From: Duodenibacillus sp.
GTDB lineage: Bacteria > Pseudomonadota > Gammaproteobacteria > Burkholderiales > Burkholderiaceae_F
Length of the DNA stretch: 64,000 bases
Assembly: GCA_963661915.1 (NCBI GenBank)
Contig: CAVLDT010000002.1
Location: 21,403 to 85,402 of the forward strand
Reading direction: 5' to 3'
Of this stretch, positions 51,467 through 61,654 are shown piece after piece. The notes under the pieces were generated by a model. That model did no database searches, was not told where the DNA came from, and saw only the letters and a program-made list of their open reading frames with translations. The stretch's first letter is position 1. Each line of letters opens with the position of its first letter. A program made the position numbers and the translations under genes.

Positions 51467-52109
51467 TATGATGATGATGCTTTTTGAGTCCTTTATCGAC
51501 ACCTGCGTCATGGTGGGTGTCTCTGGTCTTTTGGGCTCCTTGTTTGGTATTCCTCTTGGCGTTCTCCTTTTTGTAACATCTCCAAAAGGTATTGCTCCGC
51601 TTCCCATATCCAATCAGGTTGTTGGTTGGATTGTGAATGCCGTTCGCTCAACGCCATTTATCATCCTCATGGTGGCAATCATTCCCTTGACGCGTTTGAT
51701 TGCAGGAACCTCCATTGGAACTGCTGCCGCAATCGTCCCACTTACGATTGCCGTGACGCCTCTCATTTCTCGCCTCGTGGAAACGAGCCTACGGGAGGTC
51801 GATGCGGGGCTAATCGAAGCGGCCCTTGCGATGGGAGCCTCAGACCTTCAAATCGTAATGAAGGTTCTCCTCCCAGAGGCATTACCTGGAATTGTTGCAG
51901 GACTTACGATTAGTTTTATCTCACTTATCGGAGCCTCTGCTATGGCTGGGGCCATCGGTGGCGGTGGCCTTGGTGACATGGGCATTCGTTACGGTTATCA
52001 GCGTTTTATGCCTGATGTAATGTGCGCCGTTGTCGTCATTTTGATTGCCTTTGTGCAATCAATCCAATCTTTGGGCGACTGGGTGGTACAAAAACTTAGG
52101 CACAAGTAG
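51456..52109 (+). CDS. metI: Methionine ABC transporter permease
   Basis: RSTPFIILM, GTSIGT.AA.VPL, AMAGAIGGGGLG..IRYGYQRF. Confidence 0.96.
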   Translation: MSSDMMMMLFESFIDTCVMVGVSGLLGSLFGIPLGVLLFVTSPKGIAPLPISNQVVGWIVNAVRSTPFIILMVAIIPLTRLIAGTSIGTAAAIVPLTIAVTPLISRLVETSLREVDAGLIEAALAMGASDLQIVMKVLLPEALPGIVAGLTISFISLIGASAMAGAIGGGGLGDMGIRYGYQRFMPDVMCAVVVILIAFVQSIQSLGDWVVQKLRHK

Positions 52110-52139
52110 CAGGAAATCAGGCATAATTGCCCCCTTACT

Positions 52140-52213
52140 GCGGGCGTAGTTCAATGGCAGAACGAAAGCTTCCCAAGCTTTATACGAGGGTTCGATTCCC
52201 TTCGCCCGCTCCA
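52140..52213 (+). tRNA. tRNA-Gly (anticodon CCC)
   Basis: GCGGGCG acceptor stem, AAAGC-TTCCCAA-GCTTT anticodon arm, GGTTCGATTCC, TCCA end; 74 nt. Confidence 0.96.
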
Positions 52214-52222
52214 GGAATTCTT

Positions 52223-52250
52223 AAAACGGATCTCAGTGGTCCGTTTTTTT
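52223..52250 (+). terminator. Rho-independent terminator after tRNA-Gly
   Basis: AAAACGGATC / GGTCCGTTTT stem with a T7 run. Confidence 0.8.
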
Positions 52251-52276
52251 AACCGCAGAGAACGCAGGACGAGCGC

Positions 52277-52996
52277 ATGAAAAAGGAACTTACCGCCGAA
52301 GAACTCGAGGCTCTCAAAGCCCGACACATTCGTAGTTTTGTCCTGCGGCGCGGCCACATCTCTACAGCGCAAGAAAGGGCTTTAGAGGAAATCTTTCCGC
52401 GCTTCGAAGCCGTCTACGAAAATAAACCCTTAGATGCCACTTCTCTTTTTAATCGCGAAGCGCCTCTTGTGCTTGAAATCGGTTGCGGCATGGGAGAAAC
52501 CACAGCAGCGATTGCAAAGGCGCACCCAGAAATCAATTTCTTAGGCTGCGAAGTCTTCGCCGCAGGCATCGGTGCTCTCTCAAAACGGATTGAAGAAGAA
52601 AGTCTCACCAACCTTCGCATCTGTAAGCACGATGCAGTGGAAGTTGTGCGAGACATGATTCCCCTTTCGTCCCTAGCGGGGATTCACATCTTCTTCCCAG
52701 ACCCTTGGAGAAAAGCGCGTCACCATAAACGCCGCTTAATACAGGGCCCCTTCGTGAAGATGCTCTCAGAGCGCCTTGCCCCTGGGGGCTATCTACACTG
52801 CGCAACAGATTGGGAAAACTACGCAGAACAGATGCTTGAAGTCTTAAGCGCTGAGACTCTTTTAAAGAATCTACACACTGAGGGCTTTAGCCCCACGCAG
52901 GCAAACCCCATCTGCGAGAGACCCCGCACAAAATTCCAAGCCCGAGGCGAAGGCCTAGGCTACGGAATTTGGGATTTGGTTTTCATCCGGAAATAG
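52277..52996 (+). CDS. trmB: tRNA (guanine-N7)-methyltransferase
   Basis: IRSFVLR.G, LEIGCGMG, FFPDPW.K.RH.KRR, ATDWENYA, RP.TKF. Confidence 0.97.
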   Translation: MKKELTAEELEALKARHIRSFVLRRGHISTAQERALEEIFPRFEAVYENKPLDATSLFNREAPLVLEIGCGMGETTAAIAKAHPEINFLGCEVFAAGIGALSKRIEEESLTNLRICKHDAVEVVRDMIPLSSLAGIHIFFPDPWRKARHHKRRLIQGPFVKMLSERLAPGGYLHCATDWENYAEQMLEVLSAETLLKNLHTEGFSPTQANPICERPRTKFQARGEGLGYGIWDLVFIRK

Positions 52997-53008
52997 TCCA
53001 GCCGCGTC

Positions 53009-54262
53009 TTAGTCGATGCGAACGATATCTGCCCCTAGACCACGAAGTTTTTCTTCAATGCGCTCGTAACCACGGTCTAAGTGGTAAATCCTATCGATAA
53101 GCGTTTCCCCATGAGCAGCAAGGCCTGCGATTACAAGAGAGGCCGAGGCTCGAAGGTCTGTTGCCATCACATTTGCCCCTTCAAGCGCCTTTACGCCGCG
53201 AACAACTGCCGTGTGGCCATCGACCGTGATATCCGCTCCCATGCGCTGAAGTTCCGGCACATGCATAAAGCGGTTTTCAAAGATGGTTTCCACAATGCGC
53301 CCTGTTCCTTCAGAAACTGCATTAAGAACCATAAACTGCGCTTGCATATCGGTGGGGAACCCCGGATGCGGCACAGTCCGGACATCCACTGCGCGAGAGC
53401 GCCTGTCGATACGTGCTCGAATCCAATCCGTACCCGTTTGTACCGTTGCCCCAGCGGCACGCAGTTTTTCAATTACCGCTTCTAGTGTTGCAGGAGCGGC
53501 GTGCGTTACAAGAACATCTCCTTGCGTTACAACAGCGCCACAGAGAAATGTCCCTGTTTCGATTCTATCTGCAAGGACTGAGTGTTCACAGCCATGAAGT
53601 CTTTTAACGCCTTCAACGACAATTCTCGCTGTTCCTGCCCCTTGAATCTTTGCGCCCATCGCATTGAGGCACTTCGCAAGGTCAACAACCTCGGGCTCGC
53701 GCGCTGCGTTTTCGATAATGGTTTCCCCTTCAGAGAGGGTAGCGGCCATGAGGATGTTTTCCGTTCCAGTCACGGTGACCATGTCAGTTACGATTCGGCT
53801 CCCCTTTAACTTAGTGGCCTTCGCATCGACATAACCGTGATTGATTTCAATTTCTGAGCCCATCTTTTTGAGGGCTTTGATATGTTGATCTATGGGTCTT
53901 GCACCAATAGAGCACCCACCTGGAAGAGAAACCCGCGCAGAACCAAACCTTGCAACCAAGGGGCCTAAAACCATCACTGATGCACGCATAGTCTTAACGA
54001 GGTCGTAAGGCGCCTCAGTACTTGTCACAGCATTGGCTTTAAGAAGAACGGTATCTTCGTCTACACGCTTAAAAGAAACACCCATACCCGATAAGAGTTT
54101 TCCCATCGTACGGACGTCTGCTAGGTCTGGCATGTTGTGAAGGACAAGTTCATCAGCAGTAAGAAGGGAAGCCGCAAGAATAGGCAATGCCGCATTCTTT
54201 GCTCCCGATGCTCTTACTTCACCAACAAGCCGCTTTCCCCCGACAACCTTAAGTTTCTGCAT
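53009..54262 (-). CDS. murA: UDP-N-acetylglucosamine 1-carboxyvinyltransferase
   Basis: [19 protein letters not shown] (Cys115 equivalent), [18 protein letters not shown]. Confidence 0.98.
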   Translation of the reverse strand: MQKLKVVGGKRLVGEVRASGAKNAALPILAASLLTADELVLHNMPDLADVRTMGKLLSGMGVSFKRVDEDTVLLKANAVTSTEAPYDLVKTMRASVMVLGPLVARFGSARVSLPGGCSIGARPIDQHIKALKKMGSEIEINHGYVDAKATKLKGSRIVTDMVTVTGTENILMAATLSEGETIIENAAREPEVVDLAKCLNAMGAKIQGAGTARIVVEGVKRLHGCEHSVLADRIETGTFLCGAVVTQGDVLVTHAAPATLEAVIEKLRAAGATVQTGTDWIRARIDRRSRAVDVRTVPHPGFPTDMQAQFMVLNAVSEGTGRIVETIFENRFMHVPELQRMGADITVDGHTAVVRGVKALEGANVMATDLRASASLVIAGLAAHGETLIDRIYHLDRGYERIEEKLRGLGADIVRID

Positions 54263-54332
54263 GAATGTTTCCCAAAAATTCTCTTCTCAAAAAAAAGGAC
54301 TTCTTTTTGCTGAGCCGTAATTGTATAAAAAA

Positions 54333-55157
54333 CTACCGCTCTTCTTTCCAAAGATCCGTGAAATGATTAACAGGACCGTGGCCGCTACCGACATCAAGTG
54401 CATCAGAAGCGGCAATAGCGGCAGTAATAAAGTCTTTTCCCTCTTGAACGGCTTTGAGGGGGTCATTACTCTTAGCGAGAGAAGCCGCAATCGCAGAAGA
54501 AAGTGCACATCCCGTTCCGTGCGTATTTTTCGTATGAATGCGCTGCGATGTAAGCTCCGTGAAGTCCTTGCCGTCAAAGAAAAGATCGCTACAGACTTCA
54601 TCTGTTAGATGGCCCCCTTTTAAGAGTACAGAGCAGCGATTTCCTGAAAGGGTAAATAGATCTCGCGCCGCCTCCCGCATTTGATTTACGTCTGTGATTT
54701 CTCGCCCTATAAGAACACTTGCCTCAGGCAAGTTGGGCGTCATAATCTGCGAGATAGGAAGCATCTCGCGGACAATTACCGCAACGGTTTCTTTCCCTAC
54801 TAAGGAGTCACCGCTCTTTGCAACCATCACGGGGTCGATCACAATCCAGCGTGGTTTCCAAAAACGAAGCCTCTCTGCAACAGTCTCTACAACGGCAGGG
54901 TCTCCTAGCATTCCAATCTTCACCGCATCGATTCTGACATCAGAAAAAAGAGTGTCAATTTGCTCACGCACAAAACTTGCGGGAACTGCAAAGACACCCG
55001 TTACTCGCTGTGTGTTTTGTGCTGTAAGAGCGGCTACAACACCCGTGGCGTAAACACCCATCGCGCTCATAGTTTTAATGTCAGCTAAAACACCTGCGCC
55101 GCCCGATGGGTCAACCCCAGCGATGCTTAGAACATTCTTTATTGCGCCCTGCGCCAT
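54333..55157 (-). CDS. thiD: Hydroxymethylpyrimidine/phosphomethylpyrimidine kinase
   Basis: IAG.DPSGGAG..AD, TAQNT, KIGML, DPVM, TPNLPEA, THGTGC. Confidence 0.97.
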   Translation of the reverse strand: MAQGAIKNVLSIAGVDPSGGAGVLADIKTMSAMGVYATGVVAALTAQNTQRVTGVFAVPASFVREQIDTLFSDVRIDAVKIGMLGDPAVVETVAERLRFWKPRWIVIDPVMVAKSGDSLVGKETVAVIVREMLPISQIMTPNLPEASVLIGREITDVNQMREAARDLFTLSGNRCSVLLKGGHLTDEVCSDLFFDGKDFTELTSQRIHTKNTHGTGCALSSAIAASLAKSNDPLKAVQEGKDFITAAIAASDALDVGSGHGPVNHFTDLWKEER

Positions 55158-56410
55158 ATCTTTTCAATCTCCACAATCATGCGTTCTGTTGCCCCAGTGT
55201 AGCTTTCAGCAAAGCGCACCGCAGCAGCTGAGCGAAGTCTAAGTTTTCCATCCGTAAGCCACGTGGCGGCAACGGATACCGCCTCAGCGGCGTCTTTTAC
55301 CCCGGTAGCGGCACCGAGTGCTAGAGCATCCTTCGCAGGCTTTGCAAAGTTATACGTAGAGGGTCCCAAAATTATGGGAACACCTGCCGCAGCGGGCTCA
55401 ATGAAATTCTGAGAACCAAAGCCACCGAAACTTCCGCCCATAATGCAGACGTCCCCTAAGGCAGAACTAAAACTCATCTCTCCCATCGTATCGGCAAGTA
55501 CAACTCTCACATCTGCAGAAAGCGCTTCAAGAGAAGCTACCTTCGTTTTTCTTACGTAAGAAATCTTCCTTTCTATTAGAGCCTTCTCAACTTCATCAAA
55601 GCGCTGTGGATGTCTTGGAACCAGCCAAATAAGAACTTCTTTAGGAAGCCTCTCAAGAGCATCTAAGAAGAGCACCTCCTCTCCTTGCCGAGTGCTAGCA
55701 AGAAGAAGGATGGGGCGATGCCAAATTGCTTTAAGTTCTTTTGCCTTTCTCTGCTGCTCTTTATCGGGTTTAAGGTCAAATTTCACAGAGCCACAAACAA
55801 GGACATTTTTCGCCCCTAGACTCTCAAGGCGAGCCTTATCTTCTTTGCTTTGTGCGAGGACAAGTTCAAAAGCGGCAAAGGCCGGCTGCATCACACTAGG
55901 AAACCTTGCTGCCATGCGGCGAGACTTTTCTGACTCACGGGCATTGGCAAGTACAACAGGAATCTTCCGAGTTTTAACCTCAGCCATCAAATTAGGCCAA
56001 ACCTCGGTTTCCATAATGATGCCCATCTTGGGTTGTGTTTCATCCAAGAATCGGCCCATGAGTTCTGGTGTGTCGTAAGGTAAGTAGCATTGATGAACAC
56101 GCCCTGGGTAGGCTTCGCAGATCTTTTTACCGATTTCGCGACCCGTAGGAGTCATGCAAGTAAGTAGCAATTCCGCCTCAGGAAAGCGAGAAAAGAAAGC
56201 CGCAATAAGGCTACGCGCCGCAACAGTCTCTCCAACACTTACCGCATGAAGCCAAAGGCGAGGAGCGGCCGTAGGAGCAGGAAACGGCACTGTTCCAAAC
56301 CGCTCATCCCAATGCTCAAGATATTCTGGTTGTTTATCCGCACGATGCCGCAAATAAATCTTCGCAAACGGCAAAGCCGCACGTGTTAACACCCGATAAA
56401 CCCAACTCAT
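55139..56410 (-). CDS. waaA: Kdo transferase
   Basis: WLHAVSVGE, YLPYD, METEVWPN, ASTR.GEE, VPRHPQRF, DTMGEM, GGSF. Confidence 0.96.
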   Translation of the reverse strand: MSWVYRVLTRAALPFAKIYLRHRADKQPEYLEHWDERFGTVPFPAPTAAPRLWLHAVSVGETVAARSLIAAFFSRFPEAELLLTCMTPTGREIGKKICEAYPGRVHQCYLPYDTPELMGRFLDETQPKMGIIMETEVWPNLMAEVKTRKIPVVLANARESEKSRRMAARFPSVMQPAFAAFELVLAQSKEDKARLESLGAKNVLVCGSVKFDLKPDKEQQRKAKELKAIWHRPILLLASTRQGEEVLFLDALERLPKEVLIWLVPRHPQRFDEVEKALIERKISYVRKTKVASLEALSADVRVVLADTMGEMSFSSALGDVCIMGGSFGGFGSQNFIEPAAAGVPIILGPSTYNFAKPAKDALALGAATGVKDAAEAVSVAATWLTDGKLRLRSAAAVRFAESYTGATERMIVEIEKIWRRAQ

Positions 56411-56527
56411 ACCTTCCTCCGAAACGATGCCGCAAAGGGAAATCGTTTTTTAGGCGGAAAGTCTAGCAAGGAAAAGGGGGCTACTCTGGAATTTCCTTCG
56501 CCTTTCCAGTCGATAGCATCAGGCGTC

Positions 56528-56700
56528 TTATCCCTTCCAATTAAATCTTCCGACTTTTGCAAGCCATTGCTAGATAGATTCAGCCTTGGGAAACGGAATC
56601 GATTGAATCATGCGCAACAACGGAGAAGTACCATTCCTCTTTTTCCTCGCCCCATACAGAACGAACCTGCTTATCTCCGAATATTGGCACTTTTTTTCAT
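56528..56700 (-). pseudogene. Bro-N domain (phage antirepressor-like) protein, degraded fragment
   Basis: GAGG RBS and ATG at 56700. Correcting an A7 run gives MKKVPIFGDKQVRSVWGEEKEEWYFSVV; a shifted frame then gives RMIQSIPFPKAESI*QWLAKVG. Both match Bro-N family motifs from recall. Confidence 0.8.
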
Positions 56701-56708
56701 AGATAACC

Positions 56709-57743
56709 TCACGACTGAGGTGATGCTTCATCCGCAGTGTGTTTTGCTATCAGCGTTTCCTCACTAACGCGTGAAGAAACAAGGAAGTCAAGCCAGTCGC
56801 TCCCGATACGAGGTGCAACAAGAACCTTCACGTCTAGCCCCTTTAAAGCCAACTTATGCGCAAGAGTAAAAGCACCAGCTTCGCCTGCGAAATTCGCATC
56901 GTTATCCGCATAGATGCGCACAGTTGTAATCCCTTTAGGAATCTCCACAGCATTCGCTAGATTTGTCACACCAAGAGTTGCCCACACAGGTAGAGAAAAG
57001 ATTTCCGAGCAAGCAAGCGCTGTTTCTATGCCTTCTGCAAGGCCCAAGGTTGCCCCCACTTCACCGAAACGCACAAAAGCGCCCTTAAAGGGGCCTTTCA
57101 TCAACTTCTTTGGCTTTTCAACAGGAGCTTTCTTTCCCTCTTTAAGATAGGTTCTGTGGATATTAACCATGCGGCCTGCGTTATCTGTTACGCGAGAGAG
57201 CATCGCAGGAAACTTTCCTACCAAGACACCTTCGTCATCTGTGTACTCCAAGGCCTCATGGCACCGTACTTCAGAGCCCGCAAGTTTAGGATTTACCCCT
57301 CTAGTCAAGAGATACGTCCAAACAGGGTCTCCTGGTGCTATTGGCTTACCCTCTGCCCAGATGCGCGTTATCTTTCGAATGCGCTCTTTTTCTTCTTCCT
57401 GTACTTTTGTTCTAATTTCTTCTGTGATGCGTTCAGCATCGGCCTCAGGGTCAATGCCACAGAAACGCTCCACAAACTCCAAGGCTTGAAGAAAACCGTA
57501 GCCTAAGGTTTTCATGAGTAAGGAAAAACCATCTCCTCCTCCACAACCTCGGCAGAAATAATTTCCCTCTCCCTCTTTATCGATAAAGGAGAAACGGTCT
57601 CGCCCTCCGCATGCAGGGCACGGCTTGTTGGGTTTACTGAGAAGTTCTTCTTTAATGCCCGCGGCAAGAAGAATGGCACGCCACCTTCCATGTGCGGCGC
57701 TTTTCGCCCGAGCAATTCTTCTCTCAAATGCTTGTTCGCGCAT
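56709..57743 (-). CDS. Phage/plasmid-type primase-like protein: P4-alpha zinc-binding domain plus TOPRIM, no helicase
   Basis: PCPACGG.DRF...YFC..CG.GDG zinc ribbon, YL..RG, HRTYL, AEGIETAL, YADND, DW.D. Confidence 0.85.
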   Translation of the reverse strand: MREQAFERRIARAKSAAHGRWRAILLAAGIKEELLSKPNKPCPACGGRDRFSFIDKEGEGNYFCRGCGGGDGFSLLMKTLGYGFLQALEFVERFCGIDPEADAERITEEIRTKVQEEEKERIRKITRIWAEGKPIAPGDPVWTYLLTRGVNPKLAGSEVRCHEALEYTDDEGVLVGKFPAMLSRVTDNAGRMVNIHRTYLKEGKKAPVEKPKKLMKGPFKGAFVRFGEVGATLGLAEGIETALACSEIFSLPVWATLGVTNLANAVEIPKGITTVRIYADNDANFAGEAGAFTLAHKLALKGLDVKVLVAPRIGSDWLDFLVSSRVSEETLIAKHTADEASPQS

Positions 57744-57900
57744 AGGACTCCCCTTTTCTCTGTACGCTAAACCTTGGATAGAGTACAAGGATTCTCACGA
57801 ATTTGCTCGGATTTGATGCCGACGAAACCCCCGCATCTCGCTAAAATGACGAAACCTGTAGCAAGTCTGTCACTCTCTCTTTTTTTAGCATTACTAACAC

Positions 57901-58827
57901 ATGGATAAGCAACTTCTTGCACAAAAACGCGTTCTCATTGTCGGCGACTCTATGCTCGATAAATATTGGTTTGGAGACGCAAACAGAATTTCGCCTGAAG
58001 CTCCCGTTCCCGTCGTCCGTATCGTTCGAAGTGAAGAAAGACTTGGTGGAGCAGCTAACGTTGCTCTTAACGTTGCAAGTCTTGGCGTTCAAACAACTCT
58101 CATGGGTGTTATTGGCGCTGATGAAAACGGCACAAAACTCACCGAGCTTCTCACAGAAGCAGGCATTCAATCTCACATGATTGCCGACCCCGCCATTAAG
58201 ACCATCTTGAAACTACGCATCGTAGCGAGGCAACAGCAACTTGTACGCATTGATTTTGATGATCACCCCTCGGGAGAAATGCTTGCTAGTTTGCTAACGG
58301 ATTTCGCTGAAGTCATCGAAAACTTTGATGTACTCGTTCTCTCAGATTACGGCAAAGGCGGCCTTGATCACATTCGTGGCATGATTGATATTGCCCGAGA
58401 GAAAAATATCCCTGTCCTCATTGATCCCAAAGGTGAGAATTACGACAAATACGCAGGCGCAACAATCATTACGCCAAACCGTGCGGAACTCGCCCAAGTC
58501 ATCGGCAGTTGGACAAGCGAAGAAGACTTAACTCTCAGAGCGCAAGAACTTCGCGATCGCCTTGGCCTTAAAGCGCTTCTCTTAACGCGTAGCGAAGAAG
58601 GCATGACGCTCTTTACTGCCGAGGGAGCTGAAACTGTCCCTGCGCAGGCACGAGAAGTGTTTGATGTCTCAGGTGCAGGGGATACGGTTATTGCCGTAAC
58701 AGCTGCCATGATTGCCGCAGGCGTTCCGCTTTCAGAAGCAGTACGCATCGCTAACCGTGCTGGCGGTATTGTCGTCGGAAAACTCGGCACAGCAAGCGTC
58801 TCTTATAACGAACTCTTTGGAAATTAA
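57901..58827 (+). CDS. hldA: D-glycero-beta-D-manno-heptose-7-phosphate kinase (RfaE domain I only)
   Basis: GD.MLD.YW.G...[26 protein letters not shown]; 308 aa with no adenylyltransferase domain. Confidence 0.93.
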   Translation: MDKQLLAQKRVLIVGDSMLDKYWFGDANRISPEAPVPVVRIVRSEERLGGAANVALNVASLGVQTTLMGVIGADENGTKLTELLTEAGIQSHMIADPAIKTILKLRIVARQQQLVRIDFDDHPSGEMLASLLTDFAEVIENFDVLVLSDYGKGGLDHIRGMIDIAREKNIPVLIDPKGENYDKYAGATIITPNRAELAQVIGSWTSEEDLTLRAQELRDRLGLKALLLTRSEEGMTLFTAEGAETVPAQAREVFDVSGAGDTVIAVTAAMIAAGVPLSEAVRIANRAGGIVVGKLGTASVSYNELFGN

Positions 58828-58829
58828 CC

Positions 58830-59822
58830 ATGTCCTATCTTGTCACCGGTGCTGCCGGCTTTATTGGTTGCAACAATGTTCTCGCCTTGAATGCGGCAGG
58901 TATTACAGACGTTATCGCTGTAGACAACCTCACTCGGGCAGAGAAATTCACAAACCTCGCTCAGTGTGCGATTAGCGACTTCTTTGATAAGAATGACTTC
59001 ATCGCACGCGTGAGAGCAGGCAAAGCCCCGAAGCCCGAGGCGATTTTCCACCAAGGGGCCTGCTCGGATACGATGGAAACCGACGGCCGCTATATGATGG
59101 AAAATAACTATCGCTACACGCTCGAACTCTTTGAGTGGGCGCAGGCGCTGAAGGTTCCCTTTATCTATGCAAGTTCTGCTGCGACCTATGGAGCAAGTCC
59201 CATTTTCGTAGAAGACGTCCGTTACGAGCGTCCCTTAAACGTCTACGGTTACTCAAAATATCTTTTTGACCAAGTTCTGCGTCGTCGTTCTCGCGATCTC
59301 AAGGCCCCGGTGATTGGACTACGGTATTTCAACGTCTACGGCCCGCACGAACAGCACAAGGGCCGTATGGCAAGCGTTGCCTTCCACCAGTACTTCCAAT
59401 TCCGTAAAGATGGCCATGTTCGTCTTTTTGAAGGATGCTTAGGGTACGGTAACGGAGGACAGATGCGTGACTTCGTCTTCGTAAAAGATGTTGTTGCCGT
59501 TGCGATGCACTTCTTAAATAAACCCGTCACTGGCATCTACAACTGCGGCACCGGGAGGGCTCAGCCATTTAACGACATTGCGCTCACGGTTGTTAACACG
59601 CTCTCAGAAAAGCATCTTACGCTGAAAGAAGCCGTAAGCGAGGGCCTTATCGAATACATCCCCTTCCCTGAGGCTCTTAAAGGAAAGTATCAGGCCTACA
59701 CGCAAGCCAACCTCGAAAAGCTTCGTGCCGCAGGCTGTGATGTGAAATTCCGCAGTGTTGAAGAAGGCACCGCAGAGTACATGCATTACCTTGCTAAAAC
59801 CTACCCCACAGGGGAAAGATAA
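58830..59822 (+). CDS. hldD: ADP-L-glycero-D-manno-heptose 6-epimerase
   Basis: [42 protein letters not shown]. Confidence 0.97.
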   Translation: MSYLVTGAAGFIGCNNVLALNAAGITDVIAVDNLTRAEKFTNLAQCAISDFFDKNDFIARVRAGKAPKPEAIFHQGACSDTMETDGRYMMENNYRYTLELFEWAQALKVPFIYASSAATYGASPIFVEDVRYERPLNVYGYSKYLFDQVLRRRSRDLKAPVIGLRYFNVYGPHEQHKGRMASVAFHQYFQFRKDGHVRLFEGCLGYGNGGQMRDFVFVKDVVAVAMHFLNKPVTGIYNCGTGRAQPFNDIALTVVNTLSEKHLTLKEAVSEGLIEYIPFPEALKGKYQAYTQANLEKLRAAGCDVKFRSVEEGTAEYMHYLAKTYPTGER

Positions 59823-59824
59823 AA

Positions 59825-60382
59825 ATGCCACAGAAGGCCGTCTTCCTAGACCGAGATGGCGTCATTAACGTCGATCACGGCTACGTGTACCGCATCGAGG
59901 ATTTCACACTCGTAGAGGGTGTTCTCGATGCGTGCCGCGCGTTCTACGAGGCGGGCTTTTCTCTTGTCATTATCACCAATCAATCTGGCATCGCACGTGG
60001 GTTTTACACGGAAGATGATCTTGCAAAACTCAATAGCTACATCGAGAAAGTTTTCCGGGAAGCTGGAGCCCCGCTTGCAGGGATTTACTGTTGCCCACAT
60101 CTCCCCGATGCACCGCTAGTGGCCTACCGAGCCGTTTGTGACTGTAGGAAGCCTGCCGCAGGACTCTTTTTTAAGGCCGCAAAAGACTTAAAGATTGACC
60201 TGCCTTCGAGCATTGCCTTTGGAGACAAAGAAAGAGACCTAGAAGCGGCAAAGCGCGCAGGCGTCCCCACTCGTATTCTTCTTGGGAAAGACGGGAAATC
60301 CGTACCAGAAAAGTCTATCTCTGCTACGGCTGTCTCTAAGAGTCTACTTACTGCTCTTAGAGAACTTAACCTTACTTCTTAG
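59825..60382 (+). CDS. gmhB: D-glycero-beta-D-manno-heptose 1,7-bisphosphate 7-phosphatase
   Basis: FLDRDGVIN, TNQSGIARG, CPH...CDCRKP, GDK..D. Confidence 0.95.
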   Translation: MPQKAVFLDRDGVINVDHGYVYRIEDFTLVEGVLDACRAFYEAGFSLVIITNQSGIARGFYTEDDLAKLNSYIEKVFREAGAPLAGIYCCPHLPDAPLVAYRAVCDCRKPAAGLFFKAAKDLKIDLPSSIAFGDKERDLEAAKRAGVPTRILLGKDGKSVPEKSISATAVSKSLLTALRELNLTS

Positions 60383-61092
60383 TTTTTCGCCTTCTCTAGC
60401 CTTTTACGTCTAACAAGATAGGCAATCGCTACAACGATTGCTGCTCCTAGAATGCAGGCAAGCGTATGTTGCCCGGCAAGAGAGGGGAACTGTTCCAAGA
60501 CCCAACTGTCGCTTGAAATCATCGATCCAGCAATCCAGCCGAGGAGTGCACCACCGAACCAAACAATGACAGGGAACTTATCCAAGAAAGCAAGAACGAT
60601 TTGGCTACCGAAAACAATAAATGGGATTGAAACCAAGAGACCAAAAATCACAAGAAGTGTCTGGTGATCATCGTGGGCTTGCTGGGCAGCGGCTGCAATA
60701 GCAAGCACGTTATCCAAACTCATCACAAAATCTGCAACGATAATCGTCTTAACAGCTGCAAAGAGTTTTGTGCTTGAGGCAATTTTTTCTTCTGCAGATT
60801 CTGTTTCTGGCAGTAGTAACTTAACACCAATCCAAATAAGCAGGGCGCCGCCAACAACCTTGAGAAATGGCAAATCCAAAAGAGCTACGGCACAGGTAAT
60901 GAGGATGACACGAAGAATGATGGCGCCTGCCGTTCCAAGCACAATACCTTTCATACGAAGGTTGTGTGGAAGGTCTCGACAAGCTAGGGCGATAACAACA
61001 GCATTGTCACCGCCTAAAAGCAAGTCAATGAGAATAATCTGTCCAACGGCTCCCCAATGCAAATTGACGAGCAAATCAATAACGGATTGCAC
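60379..61092 (-). CDS. TerC family (YjbE-like) membrane protein
   Basis: IDLLLGGDNAVVIALAC, AD.VMSLDNVLAIA, GLLVSIP. Confidence 0.92.
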   Translation of the reverse strand: MQSVIDLLVNLHWGAVGQIILIDLLLGGDNAVVIALACRDLPHNLRMKGIVLGTAGAIILRVILITCAVALLDLPFLKVVGGALLIWIGVKLLLPETESAEEKIASSTKLFAAVKTIIVADFVMSLDNVLAIAAAAQQAHDDHQTLLVIFGLLVSIPFIVFGSQIVLAFLDKFPVIVWFGGALLGWIAGSMISSDSWVLEQFPSLAGQHTLACILGAAIVVAIAYLVRRKRLEKAKN

Positions 61093-61174
61093 GAAAGGTG
61101 TACTCCCTAGTGTGTTCTAAAGTCACTTCTCTACCGGAAAAGAATCCCGCGTATTGTATTAGATATTAGGGTGG

Positions 61175-61654
61175 TTAACGAGAGAAGAATTCTTCCCTGA
61201 GAAGCGAAAACACCCTCTGGATTGTGTCAAAGGAAAATCCACGGTTGGCAAGAAACCGTACTTGTCGCGCTTTTTCTTTCTCATCTTCCGCAAGAGAACC
61301 AAAGCGGCGAGACCAGACTTCTTTTGCCCTCTCGACTTCATCCGTGGTCTCTCCTAGAACCCGAGAGATAATCTCTCCGGCAACGCCCGCTTCACGCAAT
61401 TGCATCTGCAATCGGAAATTCCCATAGCGACTTCCCTTTGCGCGGCAAAGGCTTTCTGCAAAGCGCTCATCGTTTAGATAGCCCTTTTGCTCCAAAAGGT
61501 CGAGTGTTTCTTCTAGCGCCTCGGGAGCATCACCGCTCTCAGCTAAACGCTCGCGCAGTTGCTTACGGGAATACTCTCTGCGACTTAAGAGCGCAACGCC
61601 CCGCGCCGCGAGGCTACGGGGCTTTGCAAGGGTTTTTACCTTACTTTCGGCCAT
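61175..61654 (-). CDS. recX: Recombination regulator RecX
   Basis: LLSRREYS, GYLND.RFAE, RFL..RGF; directly downstream of recA. Confidence 0.93.
   Translation of the reverse strand: MAESKVKTLAKPRSLAARGVALLSRREYSRKQLRERLAESGDAPEALEETLDLLEQKGYLNDERFAESLCRAKGSRYGNFRLQMQLREAGVAGEIISRVLGETTDEVERAKEVWSRRFGSLAEDEKEKARQVRFLANRGFSFDTIQRVFSLLREEFFSR

Noticed and set aside
52140..52260. tRNA-Gly, tRNA-Gln or tRNA-Lys as integration sites
   Set aside because: Each is followed by hairpins or terminators and ordinary genes; no integrase or duplicated tRNA 3' end was seen in the window.
56567..56767. 66-aa plus-strand ORF between waaA and the primase
   Set aside because: Antisense to the Bro-N remnant, which explains the sequence better.
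61093..61174. yybP-ykoY manganese riboswitch upstream of the TerC gene
   Set aside because: Only about 80 bp are available, and the GGGAGTA match is the RBS; the rest of the motif is absent.
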